From IMG/VR virus record IMGVR_UViG_3300045988_180399: a DNA stretch of 64,000 nucleotides. One strand, written 5' to 3'. The translations under genes were made by a program, and so were the position numbers. The notes under the pieces were generated by a model. That model was not told the DNA's origin. It saw nothing but the letters and a program-made list of their open reading frames with translations, and did not search any database. The stretch is from a virus. Positions 1 to 10,105 of the stretch are shown piece by piece; position 1 is the stretch's first letter, and each line of letters starts with the position of its first letter.

Positions 1-118
1 CGGTATGCTGAGACCATACAAAGGAAGTATCACAAACATAATGAAAGTTCAGTCTGCACCCAACGGGCGCAGGCTTTTATATAAATCAAAAAATAACAAG
101 TAAGGAGAATCAGAAAAA
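1..118 (+). promoter_or_regulatory. Conserved structured leader module, copy A (5' truncated at window edge)
   Basis: Matches other copies: CGGTATGCTGAGACCATACAAAGGAAGTATCACAAACA...AAGTTCAGTC then hairpin (CTGCACCC/GGGCGCAG) + GGCTTTTATATA + AAGGAGA RBS; ATG at 119. Confidence 0.6.
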
Positions 119-1066
119 ATGGTAACAAATGTGATTACCAAGTGTAACGGCAAGGATAAAGTCGTTGACTTTCGCGACAAGCTGAGCCGGTCGCTGCCTG
201 ACGAGTATGCGATGATGCACCAGTCTGGCGGCAAGAAAAATGGGGGAAAGACCTTTCCCTCTGTCATCGAAATGGTCATCTGTGATTTCACGAAGGGAAC
301 GGGCGATAAAAGTGTCACCTGTTCCGTGAATATTGACCCGACCATGTTCGACGAATGGCTCACCGTTTGCCGCTGCAATGTCGGTACGATGGCTGTTCCG
401 CTGATTGGACGTGTCGCGAAGGATGCGCAGAAACCCTGGGAGACTGTTTTGGCCCCCAATGCTGTCAATGGTCTGATGAAGTCGATTCATCGCACTGCCA
501 GCGTTGCAAAGGCTTATGGCAGTCTTCTGAGCAAGAGCGTAAGCATTGTGGCCAAGGCCGTTAAGGGAGCAGAAAAGAAGGATATCCTCATGGCAGCCGG
601 CACAGTTCTGAAAGAAGCCCGTACTGCTATCGCGGATGCGGACGTTGGGACTGCGCTCAAATTTCCGAACCGAATGGACTACCAGTATGCCATGTCCAAG
701 GTCAATACCTACAAGAAAGGCACGGACGGATTTGCGCCGGTGTCTATGCTGACAGTCACGCATGACAGCGTTCGTCAGGACGGAGACCTTGCAATGTATC
801 CTTGGGTCCTGAAAATCACCAACGGCGAGGCCAAGGTGATTGAGCAGGCGACCGGGGCCACGACATTCGACGGAAAATCCATGCGAAACAAGGTGGAGGT
901 ATTTATCCAGGTTTCTGACCGCGATATGTACCGCATGATGTATCGCGTAACACGCTTCATCGAAACGTGGGAGAATGCCATGTGCATCCCCGTCATCATC
1001 GAAGGAGAGAACAAAAAGGAGGCTGAACGTCAGGAGTATCTGGCGCGGCAGAAGGAAGGAGTTTAA
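119..1066 (+). CDS. hypothetical protein (first gene of cassette)
   Basis: 315 aa ORF directly after leader copy A; no recognisable motif. Confidence 0.5.
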   Translation: MVTNVITKCNGKDKVVDFRDKLSRSLPDEYAMMHQSGGKKNGGKTFPSVIEMVICDFTKGTGDKSVTCSVNIDPTMFDEWLTVCRCNVGTMAVPLIGRVAKDAQKPWETVLAPNAVNGLMKSIHRTASVAKAYGSLLSKSVSIVAKAVKGAEKKDILMAAGTVLKEARTAIADADVGTALKFPNRMDYQYAMSKVNTYKKGTDGFAPVSMLTVTHDSVRQDGDLAMYPWVLKITNGEAKVIEQATGATTFDGKSMRNKVEVFIQVSDRDMYRMMYRVTRFIETWENAMCIPVIIEGENKKEAERQEYLARQKEGV

Positions 1067-1861
1067 TTGAATATGAGCAATAAGAACATTTTTCAGCGTG
1101 TGGCGGCAATCACCGCAGAACTGGGCGCTATTGCCAAGGACCTGACCGTTGGTGAGGGGGATAAGGCGTACAGCGCAACCTCCGAGGCTACGATTCTTGC
1201 GGCAGTCAAGCCGCTGGAAGAGAAGCACGGCGTCTTTTCTTACGCGGTCAGCCGTACCCTCGACCAGAAAATCGTCGAGAAGCCGTATATGTGGAACGGT
1301 GAGCAGCGTTTGGTCCGTTTGGTTATGGCGACGGTAACTGAGGTCTACCGTTTCGTCAACGTTGACGAGCCGACAGACTGTCTGGAGACCGTCAGCTTCG
1401 GCACGGGTATGGATTCCGGAGATAAGGCTCCCGGTAAGGCTATGACCTACGCCGATAAGTACGCTTTGATGAAGACGTACAAAATCAGCACCGGCATTGC
1501 CAATGACCCGGATTCCATTCCGTCTCCCGATGAAGGAGTTGCTTTCGTGGAGACGAATCCCCTGATTCCGTCCTCCAAGAATAACCCCATGATTCCGGCG
1601 ACCAGTCCGGCGGCCAGCACCCCCGTCACCCAGCCCACACAGGCCCCGGCAAAGGCGGTTGCGAATACGCAGATGTCTCTTGACGCGGCGAGACAGGTCA
1701 TCGTTCCGTTCGGCAACTACGCCAAGAAGACGCTTGGTGAGCTGATGACGATTGACCGCAGTCTGGTGGAGTTCTACGCAAGCGACCGCTTCTCCCGCAG
1801 GGATACTTACCCGCAGCTGCATGAGGCTGCACAGGTCATTACGCAGAGCAAAGCCGGTTGA
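1067..1861 (+). CDS. ERF-family single-strand annealing protein (phage-type recombinase), putative
   Basis: 264 aa; N-terminal and central motif (KAMTYADKYALMKTYKISTG) reminiscent of ERF SSAPs; start overlaps stop of upstream ORF (TAATTGAATATG). Confidence 0.45.
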   Translation: MNMSNKNIFQRVAAITAELGAIAKDLTVGEGDKAYSATSEATILAAVKPLEEKHGVFSYAVSRTLDQKIVEKPYMWNGEQRLVRLVMATVTEVYRFVNVDEPTDCLETVSFGTGMDSGDKAPGKAMTYADKYALMKTYKISTGIANDPDSIPSPDEGVAFVETNPLIPSSKNNPMIPATSPAASTPVTQPTQAPAKAVANTQMSLDAARQVIVPFGNYAKKTLGELMTIDRSLVEFYASDRFSRRDTYPQLHEAAQVITQSKAG

Positions 1862-1931
1862 GCGTATCAAACACACAACGGCGGGGGTTTCTACCCCCGC
1901 CGCGCAAAAATGAAGAAAGGAGCCTGCTCGG

Positions 1932-3416
1932 ATGGGCTACGATAAATTCAGCATTGACATCCGAGAGGTTGTCAAACTGCTTGGCTTAAAGGTGTCTCCG
2001 CAATCGGATTTTAATGGGACGTCTTTCAACGTTCGTTGTCCGTTTTGCAATGACACCAAATATCACATGAATATCAATACCGTGAAGAATGCGTATTCGT
2101 GTGTGAAGTGCTCCGGAGGTGAGAAGGGGCAAGGAGCGTTGGACCTGTATGCCCGCGTTGCACATGGCGTTCGCTGTGTTAAGGGACAGAACAGCAGGGA
2201 AATGTACCGAAAGCTCTGCGACGACCTGCACATCGAAGCCCCAGTTCGCAGCCGCGTACAGAAAGCACAACTCCCGGAGGTCGTGGAAATCCACCGCGCC
2301 AGCGACGAGGTGGTGGATAAGGCGTATCGGAAGCTCTTGGACATCAAGTTCTTTCAGCTTTCTGACCTGCACCGTGAGAATCTGCACAGGCGCGGCTTTT
2401 CCGATGAAGCGATTGAGCGAAACGGGTATCGAAGCATTTCGGCCGATTTTCCGTGGGTCAACCGTTACTGGAAAGCGAAGGAGCAGTATCAGAAGCTGAT
2501 TCCGTCTATTCGCAAGGACAATATCCTCAAGCGCCGTACCCCAGAACGGCTTATCGCAGGTCTCATTGCGGCCTCCATCCTTGCCAAATGCGGATGCGAG
2601 CTGCGAGGCGTACCCGGTTTTTTCCGGATAGACGGCGTGTGGTGCTTCAACCTTGAGCCGGGGATGCTGATTCCAACGCGAAATGCGGTAGGTCAAATCG
2701 TTGCCCTGCAAGTACGGCGGGATAAACCGTCCGACTGGAACGATTACTGCAAGCGTACCGGCCAGAACAAGGAGTTTCTTCGGTACATGACCATCTCCGC
2801 GAAAGGCCTGCCAGACGGCGTTACCACGGATATCAGTCAGGCGCATTTCCCACTTGGGAACGATAGCCTGGATGACCCGGAAACCGCTGTCTGCATTACG
2901 GAAGGCCCTCTCAAGGCGGATGCAGCAGTTGAATTGAAGGGCAATCGAAAGATGTTTTTCATTGCGCTGCACGGAACGTCCAATACCAAAACCTTGCCAG
3001 CAATTTTCGCATGGCTGAAAGGCAAAGGTGTTGAAACGGTATTCAATGTATTTGACATGGATAAGGTCACAAATGTCAATGTCGCAAAGGCGGGAAAGCG
3101 TGTTCGAGCTATCGCCGCAGGATACGGCATCAAACTCGCAGAGAAATGCTGGGATGTGGAATATGCACAGCGGAAACTCAGCGAACTGAATGCCATCTGT
3201 TGTGAGCATGGCATTTTCGTTCCGACCACCTTCAACGTGTTCACAGACCTCGCAAATGTTTCTCAGGAGCTTGCAAAGCGAAATATCCGGCACAGCCGCG
3301 TCAAAAACGCAGATGGGCTGGAAGAGAAACACTACTGGTCTGATAAGACCAAGGGAATTGACGACTATCTGTTGTCTATCAGGACCGCCACAGGCGGTGA
3401 AGGGGCCTCTGCTTAA
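1932..3416 (+). CDS. DNA primase, N-terminal zinc finger (CPFC...H...CVKC) + Toprim domain
   Basis: 494 aa; zinc-ribbon CPFCNDTKYH...SCVKC; Toprim-like motif CITEGPLKADAA...FDMDK; typical of conjugative-element/plasmid primases. Confidence 0.6.
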   Translation: MGYDKFSIDIREVVKLLGLKVSPQSDFNGTSFNVRCPFCNDTKYHMNINTVKNAYSCVKCSGGEKGQGALDLYARVAHGVRCVKGQNSREMYRKLCDDLHIEAPVRSRVQKAQLPEVVEIHRASDEVVDKAYRKLLDIKFFQLSDLHRENLHRRGFSDEAIERNGYRSISADFPWVNRYWKAKEQYQKLIPSIRKDNILKRRTPERLIAGLIAASILAKCGCELRGVPGFFRIDGVWCFNLEPGMLIPTRNAVGQIVALQVRRDKPSDWNDYCKRTGQNKEFLRYMTISAKGLPDGVTTDISQAHFPLGNDSLDDPETAVCITEGPLKADAAVELKGNRKMFFIALHGTSNTKTLPAIFAWLKGKGVETVFNVFDMDKVTNVNVAKAGKRVRAIAAGYGIKLAEKCWDVEYAQRKLSELNAICCEHGIFVPTTFNVFTDLANVSQELAKRNIRHSRVKNADGLEEKHYWSDKTKGIDDYLLSIRTATGGEGASA

Positions 3417-3435
3417 CGCAGAGGCTCTTTTTTTG
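3404..3435 (+). terminator. rho-independent terminator
   Basis: GGCCTCTGC-TTAAC-GCAGAGGC followed by T8. Confidence 0.7.
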
Positions 3436-3638
3436 CGCTCACGACCTTCTTAAAGTGTTGCCCATGTGTGGTATAAGGAGGAGGCCTGAATTTTGACTTT
3501 TTGAGAAAGGGTGGGAAAGTTAGACTAAGAGGAGCGCCGCGTCAAGCACCTCTGGCCCGGAGCTGGATTCCCCATGTGGGTGAGGGATTTGACTTTGAGC
3601 GAAAAATATTCTGGGCGCGAGACAGGAGCGATTTTTCT

Positions 3639-4052
3639 ATGATGAATAGCAATCTCGAACAAATTCAAGAGAGACAGCGCGTCCGCGCCCGCATCGTTTC
3701 TTTAGCAACGGTCGTGTGCCTGACGGCTGCTATGTTTACCGTCACCGCTTTTGCGGCGAATACTGAAACCGCGCAGGGCTTCCAGCAAATCACGTCGGCC
3801 GGCAAGACCATTCTGAAGGGCATCTGGGATATGCTGCAAGCGATTACCGCGCCTCTGGCTCTGGTCGGCATTGGCTTCAATGTTGTGAAGGCTCTGCTCG
3901 GTACGGAAAAGGGTATGGAAAAGTGCAAGGACAACATCATCAAGATTCTGTTTGTTGTTGGCGTCATCTTCCTTGCTCCGCTGTTCGTTACGACCGTTAC
4001 CGGCGCGATTGGCAATATTGCTGACAACTCCACGAACCAAATCTTTGGTTGA
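3639..4052 (+). CDS. TrbC/VirB2-like T4SS pilin-family small membrane protein
   Basis: 137 aa from ATGATG at 3639; signal peptide ending AFA-AN, then two hydrophobic helices and short C-tail, architecture of TrbC/VirB2 pilins. Confidence 0.45.
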   Translation: MMNSNLEQIQERQRVRARIVSLATVVCLTAAMFTVTAFAANTETAQGFQQITSAGKTILKGIWDMLQAITAPLALVGIGFNVVKALLGTEKGMEKCKDNIIKILFVVGVIFLAPLFVTTVTGAIGNIADNSTNQIFG

Positions 4053-4238
4053 TAGCTCAGGCTGTTGAGTAGGTCATCCACTGCGTTTGCTTTGTGGTTG
4101 TCAATATAGAGAGAGCTTGTCAGGAGTCCGGCCCACACCGGATTCCGCAAGCCCTCTTTTGTTTTCTATTTTCGGAAAGGAGGACGGGCAGTTCTTCCGC
4201 CGGCTTTGTAGGGCGGGGGTATCCTTGCCCTATTTTTT

Positions 4239-4649
4239 ATGGATGAACGAATTCATAGATTTTTGATTCCCATTTTAGTAGCTCTCTGCATCGTGTCGGT
4301 CAGCCTGACGCTTTCTGCGCCTGTGTTTGCGGCAGACCCGTGGTCCCCGGATGTAGAGTTTGGTACGAATGTATCTGGTTCGTCTATGCGGGAGTATCGG
4401 GACCGCATCAGCGCAACCTACAAATTTATTCTCAGCATGGCAGCCCCATTCGCACTTGTCACGATTACTGTCGGGGGCCTTATTGCTTTTTTTGGGTCTG
4501 AGAAAGATGCGGAAAGGGGCTTCTCCATGATAAAGATGTCCCTGATTGCGCTCATGGCGTTGTACTTATTGCCGCTGGTCATTTCAGCAGCATACAACTC
4601 GTTGAACGGGGTCAAATGGGACCCCGCACATCCAGATTTTACTTGGTGA
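4239..4649 (+). CDS. small secreted/membrane protein (signal peptide + 2 TM), possible second pilin-like T4SS component
   Basis: 136 aa; N-terminal signal peptide (VFAADP), two hydrophobic segments. Confidence 0.4.
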   Translation: MDERIHRFLIPILVALCIVSVSLTLSAPVFAADPWSPDVEFGTNVSGSSMREYRDRISATYKFILSMAAPFALVTITVGGLIAFFGSEKDAERGFSMIKMSLIALMALYLLPLVISAAYNSLNGVKWDPAHPDFTW

Positions 4650-4678
4650 CGGCAGCGGAAGTGGAGGTGAAATAGCTC

Positions 4679-7324
4679 ATGCTCGAAACTATATTTTCCT
4701 GGCTGCTCAGTGCGGTCGGAGAAGGATTGCAGTTGTTTGTCAATTTCTTTTTCGGCAATGGAAACGATGGGGGTCTCCTGAATTTTACCCTGGGAGACCT
4801 TTATCAGAATTTTCCATATTTCGGTACAGCCTATGCGGTTCTACAAGCCTGCGGGCTGGGATTGGTTCTTGCCATTGCGGCTGTCAATTTGTTCAAAGTA
4901 TTCCTTGGCAGCCTGTCCAAAGCGCAGGATACTCCTACGCAAATCCTTGTTCGAGCCGCACTCGCCACGGTTCTCATTTATCTCGGCGGCTATCTTCTTT
5001 CCGCAGTTGTGGGAATCGCGAAAGTCCCATACGACATCTTTGTTGGGTCTGACGCTATCACCCATCATTTTGGCATACCCGACAGTCTCTTAACAGACTT
5101 GTCAGTTGCCGTAGGTGTCGGAGCTGCTGGGCTGCTTGTCTCACTCGTTCTAATCATTGCGATTGCATGGAACCTTATCAAGCTGTTGCTGGAGTGTGTT
5201 GAGCGATACCTGATGGTCGGCGTTCTTGTTTATACATCGCCTCTCATTTACCCGTTCCTGTCCTCTGCCGCGACGGCTACTGTATTTCAACGATGGGTAG
5301 GAATGTTCTGCGGTGAATGCGCCCTGATGTCGCTCTCCGTACTCTTTACCAAACTGTCTATTTCCGCACTCAGTTCAACGAGCGGAGGAAACTCCGTTAT
5401 TGCAAAGCTGATTATGTGCCTGACCATGTGCAAAATCGCACAGCGGGTGGATTCCTATATGCAGCAACTCGGCATCGGTGTTCCGACGACCGGAGAAGGC
5501 ATTCTTGGAAACGCTATGGCAGTCGGCTATGCACTCAAGCACGCATTTGGCGGTACAGCTCAGAAGGCATCCAAAGGAGACGCTCTTTCCGGCAACAACA
5601 GCACGTTCGGCAATCTCTTTCGTGGGAAGCGAGCGTACAATGACGCATTCGCTCAGGGGAATAGTCCGGCGGACAGCCGTGCCGCGAGAAAGGCGGCCAG
5701 GGATTACGCGAAAACTCCTGCTGGAGACTGGGGCATGAACCAGTTCACCCCCCGCAATGCAAACGCTGTGGCAACGGCAAAACGCTCTCAGGAAAGTGCC
5801 GCCGCATGGCAGGAGAAGGTCCAGCGGCAGAGCGGACCCGTCGGAGAGAACGGTGGAGGCCGTACAGGTCAACAGGATTTCCAGGACAATGCCAAGAAGA
5901 TGGGTATGTCTGCACAGCAGTTTGCCCGCATGAATTTGGAGACAAACGGTGCAGGTTGTGCCTTGATTGGACCCGACGGCGACAACAAAGCCAATTTCGA
6001 ACTGTCTCCGGAAGCCAAAAATGCTGGCCTGATGACCTCGTTTCCGTTTGGGGATGACAAGGACGGAATGCTGGTTGGCCCGGACAGCGCTGTGGCCGCG
6101 CATATTCAGGATAACTTTGATAAGGCCGAATTGACTGATTTTGCTCCGGACACGGAGTTCCATGACGTCAATCCCGCCAGCCTATCTCCGGAAAATCTGG
6201 AAAATATGAAGGCGCAGCAGGAAGACTCGACCAATGCGTATCAGAGCACGCTTGCGAATACGCTCGCGCATGGCTCTCCTGTTGTCGCGCAGGAAGTCCT
6301 TTTCAACGACAGAAAGAATATTTCTGGCAACGATACGCTTGCGCAGGCAGCACTCTCCAATACTTTCGGAGAAAATCTCCGCGTAGGCGACCAGTCCGGC
6401 ACGGCGGCGGCCAGTCGCCTCAGTAATATCCGTGCAGAGACACAGCCCCTATACACTGATGAAGCAGGGAATCAGTGGGGCGGCGGCCGAGTGGTCAGCG
6501 GTCTCTGCGCCGTTCCCGGCAGTTCCGGCCGCACCTATGAGGACGGAACGGAAGTCCCGAAGTTCAAGCGTCTGGAAATCATGGACGAGACTGCCTATAA
6601 GCAGATGTCCTCTATCCAGCAGGCTCAGATGCAGCAGATTCCCTCGAAGAACGGGGAGATTTTCTATGCGAGAGCAATGGATGTGGACCAGACTCAGGGC
6701 AGCGTCGAAGATTGGTCTCGCGCTGTTCAGGAGGGCGGCGGACTTCAGGATATCGAGAACCCCAGATTTGAGCAGGGCAGACCTGTCGCACAGAATATTG
6801 CCGCAAGTACGCGGTATGAGCCGCGTACGGACGATTCTCTGCCGAATGCCGGCAGAGGAACAGAAAGTTCCCGCACTCACGAGACTCCTTCCGGCGGCGG
6901 AGAGACGCGCACTTATGAGCGTCGTTCCGAAGACGCAGGTGGTGCCGCAGGCGGTGAGCGTCGTACTTACGAGACTCCCTCCGGCGGTGGAGAAGCCCGC
7001 TCATACGAACCTCCCGCCAGAGATGCGGGTGGTGCTTCGGGCGGAAGTGACGGTGAACCTCGGACCGTCACACAAAACACCATCATCAATCAGCCTCCCA
7101 GCTATACGCCTGCACAGCGTATCGAAGTCATCAACAACCAGTCGTCCGGTACGCCGGCTTCCGGTACGCCGCAGACACCTTCTTCTCCGGAATCTGCCCC
7201 GCGCAGCGAAGGCAGGCAGCGGGATGACGGCTCCCGCAATGGCGGAGGAGGCCCCAAGCCGGAGGAACAGGGCAAGGGCAAGAAGCCTCCTCGCGTAGGT
7301 CCCTTGCGCAACAAGCAAAAGTAA
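4679..7324 (+). CDS. VirB6/TrbL-like polytopic membrane T4SS protein with long low-complexity C-terminal extension
   Basis: 881 aa; about 6 N-terminal TM helices; C-terminal half G/S/E/R/P-rich with 27-aa tandem repeats; position after pilin-like genes. Confidence 0.45.
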   Translation: MLETIFSWLLSAVGEGLQLFVNFFFGNGNDGGLLNFTLGDLYQNFPYFGTAYAVLQACGLGLVLAIAAVNLFKVFLGSLSKAQDTPTQILVRAALATVLIYLGGYLLSAVVGIAKVPYDIFVGSDAITHHFGIPDSLLTDLSVAVGVGAAGLLVSLVLIIAIAWNLIKLLLECVERYLMVGVLVYTSPLIYPFLSSAATATVFQRWVGMFCGECALMSLSVLFTKLSISALSSTSGGNSVIAKLIMCLTMCKIAQRVDSYMQQLGIGVPTTGEGILGNAMAVGYALKHAFGGTAQKASKGDALSGNNSTFGNLFRGKRAYNDAFAQGNSPADSRAARKAARDYAKTPAGDWGMNQFTPRNANAVATAKRSQESAAAWQEKVQRQSGPVGENGGGRTGQQDFQDNAKKMGMSAQQFARMNLETNGAGCALIGPDGDNKANFELSPEAKNAGLMTSFPFGDDKDGMLVGPDSAVAAHIQDNFDKAELTDFAPDTEFHDVNPASLSPENLENMKAQQEDSTNAYQSTLANTLAHGSPVVAQEVLFNDRKNISGNDTLAQAALSNTFGENLRVGDQSGTAAASRLSNIRAETQPLYTDEAGNQWGGGRVVSGLCAVPGSSGRTYEDGTEVPKFKRLEIMDETAYKQMSSIQQAQMQQIPSKNGEIFYARAMDVDQTQGSVEDWSRAVQEGGGLQDIENPRFEQGRPVAQNIAASTRYEPRTDDSLPNAGRGTESSRTHETPSGGGETRTYERRSEDAGGAAGGERRTYETPSGGGEARSYEPPARDAGGASGGSDGEPRTVTQNTIINQPPSYTPAQRIEVINNQSSGTPASGTPQTPSSPESAPRSEGRQRDDGSRNGGGGPKPEEQGKGKKPPRVGPLRNKQK
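6871..7045 (+). repeat. in-frame tandem repeat (2 x ~81 nt) inside VirB6-like CDS
   Basis: Encodes THETPSGGGETRTYERRSEDAGGAAGGERR / TYETPSGGGEARSYEPPARDAGGASGG. Confidence 0.6.
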
Positions 7325-7424
7325 CACCACAAATCCACCCGCCGTCCAGCATTTTCACCGGGCGGCGGGTGGCGGTATAGGACACAATCATTAAGCTCAT
7401 TACAACACGGAAAGGAGTGATTTT

Positions 7425-8750
7425 ATGGATGACAGAAACGAAAAAGTCTCCGATTCCGTAGAACGGGATATACAAGGAGCGGTAAAAATGGGTGCGGATG
7501 CCGCGAGAACCGCCAAAACATTAGGTAAAGCCGCTGCACACGCTGCGGCCGGCGATGTGGCAGGAGCGGCAGCAGAAGTAGTAAAGGACCCGGAAACGCT
7601 CAAAAAAATTCTCCTTATCTTGTTGATACCTGTCATATCTTTCGTGCTGATTACGACCATGTTCCTGTATGCGTTGCCTATCTCCATTTACGAGGGTGTA
7701 TCGACTTATTTTGCGGATATTGAAGAGCAGTGGGAATCTGACGTCTACGGCTCTGACAAAAGCACCTTTGTGGCCGGAGTCGAGGCAACGCTAAAGGCAG
7801 GCGTAAGATTGTCTGGAGAAGGGCTGTCCCGTATCGGAGACGCTGTTTCCGGTTGGTTCCGCAGTATCTGGAATGGCTTACAATCTTGGTTCACAAAAGA
7901 TGATGCCGTTGACGATGAATCAGACATTCTGACGGAAGACGGATATGAATTGTACGTCACAATGAACGAAGCAAACGAAAAAACAACTCTTGATGAAAAG
8001 GTTTCTGCTGCGCAGAAAAAGCTGGACAAACGGGCCGACCAAATTGAGACGGCGATACATAATGCAGAGCCAAGCATCAACACAAAGCTCGCTCAGATGT
8101 ATGCCGGAAGCGGTGTTTGGGACGGGGCAACTGTCTGCGTAGTGAAATCGCCGACCACCAAGAGTGATGCCATTAAGCTGCTCTCCGCCTACACCGTGAT
8201 GAAAGCCGGCTCTCTGGATAATCAGAAGTTGTCAGATTTCATGAAATGGCTTGGCTACTATAAGACCTTTGCCGGAAACGGCGTTTCTTTCAATATTGGA
8301 GGCGCAAGCGGTGTCAATGGCTACGCCAAGACCTGGTGCGGCACTTTTATGCCGCAGTATCTGGAAGAGCAGATGAAACAGGATATTACGGAAAAGAGCA
8401 TGGAGATTGCACAGGCGGGGACGTTGAGCAGCAATGAAGACTATGCAAGGGATATTCGTGAGGAATATGAGAACCACATGGCTCCGGCAGCAGACCTGCT
8501 GTTTGTTGTAACGTCCCCTGATTTTTCTGACTCTTCCGCCATCAATTTAACATCGTATGTTGATGATGACGGTATCACACATTATTCTGCTTATTTTTCA
8601 GTAACTATCTCCATGCGTTCCATAGACGAATTGGCAACAGATATCATGGGCTTCTGGAGTGGAGATTTGAGTGGCATTGGAGTTTCACAGTCGGAAGACG
8701 ATACTGCTCAGGAACCCGAAGATGAACTTGAAGAAGAACCCACAGCATAA
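7425..8750 (+). CDS. membrane-anchored conjugation protein (TcpC/VirB8-like position), hypothetical
   Basis: 441 aa; single TM near residue 65-87, acidic C-terminal tail; gene order within T4SS cluster. Confidence 0.35.
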   Translation: MDDRNEKVSDSVERDIQGAVKMGADAARTAKTLGKAAAHAAAGDVAGAAAEVVKDPETLKKILLILLIPVISFVLITTMFLYALPISIYEGVSTYFADIEEQWESDVYGSDKSTFVAGVEATLKAGVRLSGEGLSRIGDAVSGWFRSIWNGLQSWFTKDDAVDDESDILTEDGYELYVTMNEANEKTTLDEKVSAAQKKLDKRADQIETAIHNAEPSINTKLAQMYAGSGVWDGATVCVVKSPTTKSDAIKLLSAYTVMKAGSLDNQKLSDFMKWLGYYKTFAGNGVSFNIGGASGVNGYAKTWCGTFMPQYLEEQMKQDITEKSMEIAQAGTLSSNEDYARDIREEYENHMAPAADLLFVVTSPDFSDSSAINLTSYVDDDGITHYSAYFSVTISMRSIDELATDIMGFWSGDLSGIGVSQSEDDTAQEPEDELEEEPTA

Positions 8751-8771
8751 CGCGAGGAAAGGAGGCTCTGC

Positions 8772-10097
8772 ATGACTACCCATATCTGGAAAAAGATGCT
8801 TTCCTCACTGCTGTGCGGTATTCTCTCGGTATCCTGCATGACAGCTACCGTATTTGCCATTGACGGCAAGAGCGTAAGCGGCGCATTTGGTGAGCACTGG
8901 GATGAAGTCCAGGAATCGTATGAAACCTCCTTCGGCTGGGACTATAATAAGCATCTTGAGAAGGACTGGACGGATGACGACACCGGAAACGAATATGAGC
9001 GGCAAGCAGGGTATCAGGAAGAGTGGTATCGGAATAACATTCTGACCACAAAGCAATACCTTGGTGTTTCGACTGGAGAAGGCGGAAATGGCAGCAATAT
9101 CGTTGAAGTCGCGCTCAGCCAACTCGGCTTGGATGATTCCATTGAAATCCCGCCGAACTCGAATTTTGTCAAATACAATGACTGGTACTATGGCAGCCAC
9201 CGTTCCGGACAGTGGTGCGCGGCGTTCGTCTCTTGGTGCGCAAATGAATGTGACCTTTTGGAAAATACAATTCCAAAGGATGCCAGTTGCTCAAGTATGT
9301 TTAAGAAACTCACGGGAAGATACGGCTACGCATACTATCCCGTTCGAAGCACAACACCGTTCGGTGGTTCTTATACACCGGTTCCGGGCGACCTTATGTT
9401 TTTTTCAGAGACTGGTAATCTAAGGCTGGCTAAGCCTTTTAATCACATCGGCATCATTGTTGAGGTGGATGAAACCGGATGGTACACGGTCGAGGGCAAC
9501 ACAACTGGCGGCGGGCAAATCCCAGGCGGCGGCGTTGCAAAAAACCACTATACAGCATCGACCACATACAAAGCCGCGAAGAACGGCTATATCGTTCATG
9601 TAGAATATCCTGAAACAGCATTTTCGGAAATCCAGGGCGGCACCAACAAGGAGAAGGTGTTCTCCTTCCTGACAGAAGAACTTGGCCTGAACAATGCTGC
9701 CGCCTGCGGGGTTATGGCAAATATCCAAAATGAATCTGGTTTTAACCCGGCAAGACATGAGGATAAAAACGCATACGGAGATGGACTGGGAGAAGGTTAT
9801 GGTTTATGCCAGTGGTCCTATAGCAGAAAGACATCACTACTGAGCTTTTTGCAGGAAAACGGTTTTGCTGAGGACTCTATAGACGGACAACTCTGGTTTT
9901 TCAAGACCGAAATCGAATCTTCGGAGCGTACAGCGTGGAATGCCATCAAGGACCTGCCTAATACATCAGATGGCGCGTATGAGGCCGGACGCCTGTGGTG
10001 CCTGAAATTTGAGCGTCCGCGTGATGGTGTCGGAGATTCTGTGGAGCGAGGCAATCTCGCGCAAAATACATACTGGCCCGCTTACGGCGGACGGTGA
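8772..10097 (+). CDS. secreted cell-wall hydrolase: CHAP domain + lysozyme-like (phage-tail-lysozyme type) domain (VirB1/TcpG functional analogue)
   Basis: 441 aa; signal peptide; CHAP Cys (GQWCAAFVSWC) and His (HIGIIVEV); C-terminal ...NESGFNP...GLCQWSYS motif. Confidence 0.6.
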   Translation: MTTHIWKKMLSSLLCGILSVSCMTATVFAIDGKSVSGAFGEHWDEVQESYETSFGWDYNKHLEKDWTDDDTGNEYERQAGYQEEWYRNNILTTKQYLGVSTGEGGNGSNIVEVALSQLGLDDSIEIPPNSNFVKYNDWYYGSHRSGQWCAAFVSWCANECDLLENTIPKDASCSSMFKKLTGRYGYAYYPVRSTTPFGGSYTPVPGDLMFFSETGNLRLAKPFNHIGIIVEVDETGWYTVEGNTTGGGQIPGGGVAKNHYTASTTYKAAKNGYIVHVEYPETAFSEIQGGTNKEKVFSFLTEELGLNNAAACGVMANIQNESGFNPARHEDKNAYGDGLGEGYGLCQWSYSRKTSLLSFLQENGFAEDSIDGQLWFFKTEIESSERTAWNAIKDLPNTSDGAYEAGRLWCLKFERPRDGVGDSVERGNLAQNTYWPAYGGR

Positions 10098-10105
10098 GGA
10101 GGTAA

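Noticed and set aside
110-1876. 588-aa minus-strand ORF covering ERF and upstream gene
   Set aside because: It is entirely antisense to two well-supported + strand genes with RBSs. It has no RBS and is very Arg/Leu-rich, as is typical of antisense frames in GC-rich coding DNA.
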